Of a DNA stretch of 64,000 nt, positions 53,413 to 64,000 are shown one piece after another (position 1 is the first letter of the stretch; every line of letters begins with the position of its first letter). A program made the translations under genes and the position numbers. The notes under the pieces are model-generated. The model was not told where the DNA came from. It was given only the letters and a program-made list of their open reading frames with translations, and made no database searches. This DNA is from Octopus vulgaris (taxonomy: Eukaryota), in the NCBI GenBank assembly GCA_951406725.2, contig OX597817.1, positions 30,752,001 through 30,816,000 on the forward strand, read 5' to 3'.

Positions 53413-54189
53413 TGCATGACTTAAATCTACATAAATATACTTAAATATTATGAGTCTACATTACTTCTTAAGCTAGAGGCTTATGTGTAGATGACAGTGT
53501 AAGTCTAATCTTATAAACCTATGCATATGAATATATTTCACTTTTCATATGTCTATATCTCCGCATCAGTTTATTTATATATATACATAAGCGAACATAC
53601 ACACACAAATTCAAACACATACATGTTTATATGTATGTGTTCAAATAAGTATATGCATACATGTAAACATTGCTATTTTTAAATTATATTTTTTCTAGGA
53701 TTTAATAAGTTTCAGTTTCCTCCCACTGATCATACTTCCAAACCATCCTCACCCTTAAACAATATTATTCACTCCACCCAGCACCTCTACATCCTTTCTC
53801 ACCTCATCTATCCTCTTGCTATTTGTTGACCTGTCAAGAATTTATATCTGTCACCAATTATGATATCAGTCCGGCTTATGTGAGAAACTTCAAGTTCTGG
53901 TTTTTGATTTTAGCTTTCGTTTTGGTCTGCTTAGCACCTGTGATATATAAATCACCTTACAAAAACACATACAGAACTACCCACATATACTCATACATAT
54001 ATGTGTGTACAGAAACATATACACGCTACATACAAATAAAAATAAATACATACAAGCATACAAGCAAACATACATATAGACACATAAATACCAAAGAGAT
54101 AGAAAAACACTGATTATTACACACATACACTTACAAAATCACACACAAACATACAGGCACGATACATAACTACACAAGTAGCATTATAC

Positions 54190-54228
<39 letters not shown>

Positions 54229-54286
54229 CATATACATACATACATGCATATATATATATATATATATCATCATATACATACATACA

Positions 54287-54322
<36 letters not shown>

Positions 54323-54700
54323 CATATATGTATATATATATGTATATTTGTATATATATAATGTACACACTGCAATGTACATACACTTCCATTATACACA
54401 GATTCATAAAGATATATATGATATATATACAAACAAACATATACATGCATATAAGAAGCATACACATATATTCACACCACATACGCATACACACATGCAC
54501 AAACTAACAAAAAAAAAAAGAAAACAAGCTTCTTACCACATTTATAAACATACCCACCTCTCACTTCCTAAATTTCTTTGCTTCATTGCATTGGAACTCC
54601 GTTTATTGAAGTTGTTTAATGTTATTGACCGACTGGTTGATTGACTGATTGATTGTAGAGATGAACGTGCCCACTTGTACAGGTGCGAGGTGTATATGTT

Positions 54701-54733
<33 letters not shown>

Positions 54734-54985
54734 ATTTAAGGTGGAGTTATAGAATACAATAGTAGATCTGTGTCTGTGTATATATATGCATATGTGCATT
54801 CATATGTGTCTGTGTACGAGGGTATGTATGTGTGTGAATGCATGTGTATGTGCATGTGTGTGTGTGTTGATAGATAGTTAAATAAAACTTATCTATCTAT
54901 CTATTGATTTATCCATTTATTATATATATATTTATGTATATATATATATTTACATATATATATATATATATTTCTATATATTCAC

Positions 54986-55020
<35 letters not shown>

Positions 55021-55021
55021 C

Positions 55022-55061
<40 letters not shown>

Positions 55062-55204
55062 TCACACACACACATATATACATATATATAATATACATAC
55101 ATATTTGTATATGTATATATATATATATATATATATGTATATGTATGTGTGTATGTATATATATATATATATATCATCATCATCATCATCATTTATATTT
55201 ATAT

Positions 55205-55583
55205 AGATTAGAGGCAGGTATTCTCTGTATAGAATACACTTCGTAGTACTCAAGAGATTTAAACTTGAGCTGGTAGAGGAGTGAATGTAAGGACAAGCGA
55301 GTTAAGCAAGTCGATATACAAAAAATATTTAATACATTTAATACAAAAAATGTACTTAAAAATCCAATTTACATAGAACATAAATGATATCAGGAATTAA
55401 AGAAGTTGAGTAGGAGTTTCATGAGGGCAACAATTATTTTGGACCACCAAGCATGCAGAAACAGCTGTCAGACTTGTAAAACTCCTGCTCAACCCCTATA
55501 ATGCCTGATATCATTTCTATCCTGAGTAATGCGGACTTTTTTATAGGTATACTTATGTACATTTTTTGTATTAAATGTATTTA

Positions 55584-55586
<3 letters not shown>
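55205..55586 (+). mobile_element. Foldback element with degenerate HHR at the apex, between (TA)n tracts
   Basis: Nested inverted repeats (55331-55355/55557-55581; atgatatcagg/cctgatatcat; gttgagtaggagttt/aaactcctgctcaac) enclosing AGUUU C--AUGAG..GAAA CAGCUG UC AGACU (55415-55474). Confidence 0.65.
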
Positions 55587-55630
<44 letters not shown>

Positions 55631-55661
55631 GTTACAAGCTGAATCTGGAAGAAGGGCTGTC

Positions 55662-55842
55662 ACCCTAGCATTGCTTGACAACCGATGCTGGTGTGTTTAC
55701 GTCCCCGCCACTTAGCGGTTCGACAAAAGAGATCGATAGAATAAGTACTGGGCTTACAAAGAATAAGTTCCGGGGTCGATTTGCTTGACTAAAGGCGGTG
55801 CTCCAGCATGGCCGCAGTCAAATGACTGAAACAAGTAAAAGA
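55662..55842 (+). mobile_element. SINE family A, 3' half
   Basis: Matches the family 3' domain. Confidence 0.85.
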
Positions 55843-55867
55843 TATGTATGTATGTGTGTATATATGC

Positions 55868-56170
55868 CTTACTGGCACGTGAAAAACATTCAAGCGAGGT
55901 CATTGCCACTGCCACTGGACTGGCACCTGTGCAGGTGGCACATAAAAAACACCATTTGAGTGTGGCTGTTGCCTGACTGGCCCTAATGCCGGCGGCACGT
56001 AAAAAGCACCCACTACACTCTCAGAGTGTTTGCCGTTAGTAAGGGCATCCAGCTGTAGAAACACTGCCAGATCAATTTGGAGCCTGGTGCAGCCATCTGG
56101 CTCGCCACTCCTCAGTCAAACCGTCCAGCCCATGCCAGCATGGAAAGTGAATGTTAAACGATGATGATGA
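55868..56170 (+). mobile_element. RTE-tail repeat (family B)
   Basis: Shared tail ending in (GAT)n. Confidence 0.8.
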
Positions 56171-56217
56171 TATATACACACATGCATACATGTTTGTGTG
56201 TGGGAGTATATGTATGT

Positions 56218-56447
56218 CTTTTACTCTTTTACTCTTTTACTTGTTTCAGTCATTTGACTGCGGCCATGCTGGAGCACCGCCTTTAGTCGTGCAAATCGAT
56301 CCCGGGACTTATTCTTTGTAAGCCCAGTACTTATTCTATCGGTCTCTTTTGCCGAACCGCTAAGTGACGGGGACGTAAACACACCAGCAATGCTAGGGGG
56401 ACAAACACAGACACACAAACACAGACACACACACATACACACACACA
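56218..56447 (-). mobile_element. SINE family A, 3' half
   Basis: Matches the family 3' domain. Confidence 0.85.
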
Positions 56448-56532
56448 TGTTTATTCAATTTGATGACTGCTTGTTTTTAATTTGTGTCCTGTTACCTCAG
56501 CAATGCTAAAATGTTGATTGCACATATAAATA

Positions 56533-56949
56533 TGCGCAGGAGTGGCTGTGTGGTAAGTAGCTTGCTAACCAACCACATGGTTCTGGGTTCAGTCCCACTG
56601 CGTGACATCTTGGACAAGTGTCTTCTGCTATAGCCCCGGGCCGACCAATGCCTTGTGAGTGGATTTGGTAGACGGAAACTGAAAGAAGCCTGTCGTATAT
56701 ATGTATGTATATATATATGTATGTGTGTGTGTTTGTGTGTGTGTGTTTGTCCCCCTAGCATTGCTTGACAACCGATGCTGGTGTGTTTACATCCCCGTCA
56801 CTTAGCAGTTCGGCAAGAGAGACCGATAGAATAAGTACTGGGCTTACTAAGAATAAGTCCCGTGGTCGATTTGCTCGACTAAAGGTGGTGCTCCAGCATG
56901 GCCGCAGTCAAATGACTGAAACAAGTAAAAGAGTAAAAGAGAAAAGAGT
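56533..56949 (+). mobile_element. SINE family A
   Basis: Full-length copy. Confidence 0.9.
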
Positions 56950-57190
56950 ATGCATATAGATGGACATACATCAATATGTAATTGTGTTTAACAGAACAAA
57001 TCAAATTGCACATCACAACGTTTCATGGTAAGGTGTTTACTTACTATGAAACAATGATATAACTGGATAAACAGTAAAACAGCTGTCAACTGATGGAATA
57101 AAAATTTTGTCTCTCACTTCTCTTATTTTGTTAATTATCATATGTGTAACTATATATAAACATAATGCATGTATATATGAATACATATAT

Positions 57191-57585
57191 AGGAACAGGA
57201 GTAGGTGTGTGGTAAGTAGCTTGCTTACCAACCACATGATTCTGGGCTCAGTCCCACTGTGTAGAACCTTTGGCAAGTGTCTTCTACTATAGCCTCGGGC
57301 TGACCAAAGCATTGTGAGTGGATTTGGTAGATGGAAACTGAAAGAAGCCCATTGTATATATGTATATGTATATATATATATGTGCAGGTGGCACATAAAA
57401 AGCACCCACTACACTCGCGGAGTGGTTGGCGTTAGGAAGAGCATCCAGCTGTAGAAACACTGCCAGATCAGACTTGAGCCTGGTGCAGCCCTGGCTTCCT
57501 AGACCCCGGTCGAACCGGTCGAACCGTCCAACCCGTGCTAGCATGGAAAACGGACGTTAAACGATGATGATGATGATGATGATGA

Positions 57586-57629
<44 letters not shown>

Positions 57630-57847
57630 ATATGTTTGTGTGTCTGTGTTTGTCCCCACAACATCGCTTGATAACCAATGCTGGTGTGTTTACGTCCCCG
57701 TAACTTAGCGGTTCTGCAAAAGAGACCGATAGAATAAGTACTGGGCTTACAAAGAATAAGTCCCAGGATCGATTTGCTTGACTAAAGGTGGTGCTTCAGC
57801 ATGGCCGCAGTCAAATGACTGAAACAAGTAAAAGAGTAAAAAGAGTA
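57191..57847 (+). mobile_element. SINE family A split by a family B insertion (57382-57588) in its central microsatellite
   Basis: Head at 57191-57353, RTE tail in the middle, 3' domain at 57630-57847. Confidence 0.85.
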
Positions 57848-58167
57848 ATATGTATATATACACCCACCTACACACATGCATACACATGTACACAAACAAA
57901 CACTCATACAAACATATATATATATGCAGATGCGTACCTACAACAAACTTCTGAACTGTTCCTATATAACCAGTTGCTGTGACAAGATGTTCACCAACCC
58001 AAGGCATATAGTAACTGACACTTGCCTATGGTCTCACAGTGGGAATCTACCCAGAATCATGTAGGTGCAAAATAAATCTATCATCTCATACAACACACAT
58101 ATACTCATGTTTGTTTGTGTGTGTGTGTGTGTATGCATATGCATGTATGTGCGTGTGCATTCATATG

Positions 58168-58198
<31 letters not shown>

Positions 58199-58227
58199 GT
58201 ATGTATATATATATATATATATGTATG

Positions 58228-58260
<33 letters not shown>

Positions 58261-58556
58261 ATATAAATATATATATATGTATATATATATATATGTATAT
58301 ATGTAAGTATGTATGTATGTAGGCTATATGTATATATGTAAGTATGTATGTATGTAGGCTATAAGTGCCTACATTATTTGCATATGTGTATATACATGCG
58401 TGTGTGTGTGTGTGTGTTTATATTTGTATTTTTATCTATGTAGGCACACAAACATGATTTGAAAGGGTTGTTGGAACATGATTCCGCATTATAATGACCG
58501 AAGGATATTTTAAATGTTCAGTGTTTATATTTGTAACTGTTTGTGTTGTGTGTATG

Positions 58557-58597
<41 letters not shown>

Positions 58598-58678
58598 TGT
58601 GTGTATGTGTGCTTATCCTTATGTACATGCATATATATTATATAAATATATATATATACATATATACATACATACACA

Positions 58679-58730
<52 letters not shown>

Positions 58731-58806
58731 TGAATACATATATGTTAATATACATATATATGTGCGCATGTGAGTGTGTCTGTGAGTACATATATACATA
58801 TATATG

Positions 58807-58880
<74 letters not shown>

Positions 58881-59344
58881 GCATATATATTTATATAATA
58901 TATATGTACATAATATAAATATATATATATATATAAATACATTACTAATATATGTACTCATATGCATATCTTTGTGTGTGTGTGTGTACATATATACATA
59001 TATATATGTGTGTATGTGGGGGCGTACATACGTATACGTATATACAAACATAAATTTTTGGACAGTGGTTCTAAAATAAAGTAAATTGAATAAAATCAAT
59101 AGTGAATGCAAAGAGATCAATTTTAATTAAATTGTTCATTTGGTCTCATGTCAGATAGATCATGCTTGAGAAGGATGAGAGAAGAAGAGAAAGAGAAGGA
59201 AAATAATGGCAAAACAAGAACAGAATACAATGAATAGTTGATTAAAATGTTGTCATGTGGTGGTATCAACATATATGCACCAACACATATCCACACTCAT
59301 GCACACATACACATATGAACACGCTCACAAAAAAACACCAAATC

Positions 59345-59439
59345 TGTGTATGTATGTATATATACATATACATATACATGCATACACGCATACATACATA
59401 CATATATATATACAAAAACTGCTTGACTCAATTGTCATG

Positions 59440-59480
<41 letters not shown>

Positions 59481-59572
59481 TGTATATGTATATATATATA
59501 TACATGTATATATATATATATATATTATATATATATACATGTATATGTATATATATATATGTATGTATATAT

Positions 59573-59613
<41 letters not shown>

Positions 59614-59710
59614 TATATGTATGTATATATATATATGTTTGTATATATATATATGTATATATATGTATGCATATATATATATGTATGCATATATATATAT
59701 GTATGTATAC

Positions 59711-59797
<87 letters not shown>

Positions 59798-59807
59798 CAT
59801 ATATATA
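59345..59807. repeat. (TA)n/(TATG)n compound microsatellite; similar tracts at 8570-8870, 54190-54360, 54920-55172 and 58110-59045
   Basis: Direct reading. Confidence 0.95.
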
Positions 59808-60311
59808 ACATTTGAGTCAACCAATTTTTTCATGATCATTCATGCAGCAAACACACACACACGCGCGCATGCACACACACACACACACATGCATACACTC
59901 TCAAATATATGTATACAACTTGGTGTGTGTGTATATGAACCTTGTATGCAGGAGTTCTTATTGCATATATACTCACATACATATGTTGATAAAGTATGCA
60001 TATGTATGGGTCTATGTTCATGTATGTGTGTATGTGTATACATGGATGTGTATGACTATATGTTTATGTATGTGTGTGTGTGCGCACGCGTGTGTGTGTG
60101 TGTGTGTAATACCAGTTGTAGTAATTTATGAAGAGGTTAGCCTATCAACTTAATCTTATTGGTTACTTATTTTAATTATCTTAAATCTAACTTTCCCTTT
60201 TTTTTTGTTTACTCCCTTGTTTTATATATGCGCCTCTGTGTGTGCGTGTGTATGCATATGTGTGTGTATACATGTGTAGGTGTGTGTGCGTATAAATAGC
60301 TAGCTAGCTAT

Positions 60312-60312
<1 letters not shown>

Positions 60313-60406
<94 letters not shown>

Positions 60407-60434
60407 AATAGATGGATGGATGGATGGATGGATG

Positions 60435-60499
<65 letters not shown>
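60313..60499. repeat. (GATA)n-(GA)n-(GATG)n microsatellite
   Basis: Direct reading. Confidence 0.95.
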
Positions 60500-61314
60500 T
60501 TTTAGACACAGATGTACTAATATGCAAAAGACATAACACACCTTCATATACATTCATTATGAATTATGTTTATCTTTTACTATTTTATCTCATGCATCCA
60601 GTTTGTGTAAATGAGTATATACACACTGGAGTGTGTATACATATGCATAAAGGAATTTTGCTTGCTTCATATTACATTCGTAATATGACCATATACTGGT
60701 TAACATAACATGAGTTTTGCTCGTGATAAGATATATTTCTTGCTTTGCAGTAAAAAAAAGTTCAATATTATTTCATTTCTAAACATTTACAAGAAAATTA
60801 TATGTATAAAAGATTTATGATTTAATAATGGATAAACTGGGAATTATAAATTCTATGCATACATTGTCTCTTAAATTTGGTTGCTATGGATAGCTGATTT
60901 TAAGTTATATTATGTAATACGCTTCTTCTCATATATGTATGCCTATTATATAACTAGGGAGAACATCAATTGCTGGATGCTATAGAGAGAAGCATTTTCA
61001 AAATTAGTGAGATATTTTTGTGTCATAATTTTGTATCATAATTTTGTGTCAGTTTTGAGCTAAAAAGTTTGTCTTATTATTGATAACAAGCAGTACCCAT
61101 GGAAATTTTATAGAGATCCATGAAATATATAATTTCTTTTGAAGTTGTATTTTGTTTAAAGTATTGATTTCTAAATTCATGTAAAAATCCACACAGGTAG
61201 TATTGGATGTGCAGTCTTAGGAGACAACTCCTCTGAAAGCTATGGTCTTTGTTATCTATTGTCATGTCTTCTACCTTGAGAGCTGTTATCTGCTAGTTTT
61301 CACTTAAATATTTT

Positions 61315-61730
61315 TTTCTACTAAAGCACAAGGCCTGAAATTTGGCAGGAAGGAGGGGACTAGTCAGTCACATCGACCCCACTGTTTCACTAGTACTTAA
61401 TTTATCAATCCTGAAAGGATGAAAGGCAAAGTCGACCTCAGTGGAATTTGAACTCAGAATGTAAAGAGAAACGTAATACTGATTAGCATTTCGCCTGGCG
61501 TGCTAATGTTTCTGCCAGCTTGCCATCTTGTTCTAGTTCTTTCAAAAGATATAGCTGTATATGCTAACTTATACTCAATATAATCCTTTCTACTATAGGC
61601 ACAAAGCCTGGAATTTGTAGGGAGGGAGTATGTCAATTTCATCAACCCCAGTGTTTCACTGGTACTTAATTTATCAACCCCGAAAGGATGAAAGGCAAAG
61701 TCAACTCCAGAAGAATTCAAACTCAGAAAT
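61315..61730 (-). mobile_element. Two SINE family C copies (61315-61525 and 61585-61730)
   Basis: gaaaggatgaaaggcaaagtc..gaatttgaactcagaa occurs twice. Confidence 0.8.
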
Positions 61731-62098
61731 TCTGTTTGATCCACGCAAGCATGGAAAATTGGACATCAATTTATGACTATGATATGTGTGTGTGTGTGTG
61801 TGTGTCTGTGTGTATGTATATGTATATGTATGTGCTTTCTGCGATGATTTGATAAGCGGTGCCAAGTTTTACAATTCTGAAAGTAATAATATTTTATAAG
61901 CTTAAAACTTATAAATGATTGATGTGCATTGACTAAAGAAAATAGCCTAACATTGGAGCACATAAGCCCTCAACAGAAAAAAAGTGGGTTTTCCGTATGA
62001 ATGGAACTCGAGCTTACATCTCAATGTTTTCCTGTCAAGTGTGCTGCCATTTCTAAACAAACTTTGTGCCAAATGTGTCAAATTTGTGTCAAATGTCT

Positions 62099-62315
62099 TA
62101 CTCTTTTACTCTTTTACTTGTTTCAGTCATTTGACTGCGGCCATGCTGGAGCACCGCCTTTAGTCGAGCAAATCGGCCCTGGGACTTATTCTTTGTAAGC
62201 CCAGTACTTATTCTATCTGTCTCTTTTGCCGAACCGCTAAGTGACGGGGACGTAAACACACCAGCATCGGTTGTCAAGCAATGCTAGGGGGACAAACACA
62301 GACACACAAACACAG

Positions 62316-62359
<44 letters not shown>

Positions 62360-62530
62360 ATATATTCGACAGGCTTCTTTCAGTTTCCGTCTACCAAATC
62401 CACTCACAAGGCATTGGTCGGCCTGGGGCTATAGCAGAAGACACTTGCCCAAGATGCCACACAGTGGGACTGAACCCGGAACCATGTGGTTGGTTAGCAA
62501 GCTACTTACCACACAGCCACTCCTGCGCCT
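62099..62530 (-). mobile_element. SINE family A
   Basis: Full-length copy. Confidence 0.9.
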
Positions 62531-63737
62531 ACAGACAAGAAGGTAATATTTTGAATGCAGTATAGCCATGAAAACAGCAGAAAGATTGGGTATCCACCCC
62601 TCGGATACTGGCTGAGTACTCTGTCATTAAGATAGACTGCCCCCTGACAACAATCGCCATCAAATTTAAGAACTAAGTACATAGCTTTTTGGAATGCGAC
62701 AACAACAAATGTAAACCGACTTTTTATTTTGTTTTTAGAAGTGTTGAATATGTATCATATTGTAGATACAAGAAGCTAATATTTTGAATGTTGTATAACC
62801 ATGAAAGCAGCAGAAAGATTGGGTATCGGACATGATATCATGTTTTCCCCTTCCTTGCAGGTGTATAGATAGATGTCTCTTTAGTGCTTTTAAATGTAAT
62901 GTGAATTAGTAAACATTTAATGCATTTGGGAAAATTGTCATTCTGGCAATGTTTGACAAGTGTTAGTATTATTGTACATAAGGAGTTGTTCAAATTTGCT
63001 GCCTATATAAAAAGGAATTGGATAGAACTTTGTGTTGTAAAAGAAATTCTTTTCAAGGCTGTCAGTTCTCTCTATTTAGATAACAGTAAATTCAGAATAC
63101 TGTGAGTAACTTTCTGGTTTTTCTTTCAATGGCTAGTATTTTTAATTTGATTTTGCCTTCAATTTTTAATAATAAATCTGTAATATATGGCTCGGTGAGT
63201 CAGTGTGTTTACATTTATCATCTTATTGCTTATATTAGACTCAGTCTTTAATATTAGTTTAAATTTATAGCCTACTTTTTCTTATTATCTTTTTTGCCAT
63301 TCATATGAGTACACTAAAGTTCTCTTTTGAAGTCTATTTCATGTATTCTTTAAGATATATCTCCATTATCATCATCATAATCATATCATTTTTAGCATAA
63401 CCACTATTATCATTTTAAACTTATTTTCCATACTCAAATGGGTTAAACAGCTAGTCACAGTTTAAATCAAGTGTGGGCCCAATGAGTCAGAGCAGCTGTT
63501 CCAGCACATCTTCCTCACCATCCTCCAAGGCAACACTTTTACTATTTTGTCTGCTGGGACTATGAGTCGGTCTGAATTAAGGAAATTATAATTTCACTCC
63601 TTAATGTAAAGTTACTTCATATAAATTTCACTTTCTTAATCATTTTCCCATTTACTGAATAATTCTTCACAAACATGTTCCTGCCACAGCTCTACTTCTG
63701 TCTTCCTTCCTGTTTATGTCTGTTGTATTTAGAAATC

Positions 63738-63970
63738 TATTTCTTTACTACCCACAAGGGGCTAAACACAGAGGGAATGAACAAGGACAGACAAACGGAT
63801 TAAGTCGATTATATCGACCCCAGTGCATAACTGGTACTTATTTAATCGACCCCGAAAGGATGAAAGGCAAAGTTGACCTCAGCGGAATTTGAACTCGGAA
63901 CGTAGTGGCAGACGAAATACCGCTAACCATTTTGCCTGGAGTGCTAATGGTTCTGCCAGCTCACCGCCTT
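63738..63970 (-). mobile_element. SINE family C with TSD
   Basis: Reverse complement of 24008-24245; ttgtatttagaaatct occurs on both sides. Confidence 0.88.
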
Positions 63971-64000
63971 TGTATTTAGAAATCTGTTATTATAGTCTTG

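Noticed and set aside
53848-53902. GAAA CUUCAAG UUC hammerhead-like half
   Set aside because: No CUGANGA core upstream.

Overview
AT-rich, microsatellite-dense animal DNA with no recognisable host protein-coding gene. The repeat families look like octopus (cephalopod) intronic or intergenic sequence; this is an inference. The centrepiece is a near-intact Penelope-like retroelement (PLE, 18625-23533, minus strand). It has RT and GIY-YIG domains, two apparently identical 639-bp pseudo-LTRs each carrying a minimal type I hammerhead ribozyme (HHR), and an unusual ~428-codon upstream ORF overlapping the RT frame. Reading both strands reveals at least eight further HHR or HHR-like motifs in short non-coding elements from several different families, about half of them next to (TA)n tracts. 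One family has a compensatory G3-C8 catalytic-core swap and forms a near-perfect palindrome flanked by a 14-bp target-site duplication. Also present: a decayed Tc1 transposon, two tandem R4/Dong-like LINEs in (TAA)n, RTE and CR1-group LINE 3' ends, three tRNA-derived SINE families, piggyBac-type MITEs, a non-autonomous Helitron and a 108-bp tandem array. Coordinates of degenerate repeats are approximate. All RNA folds were done by eye.
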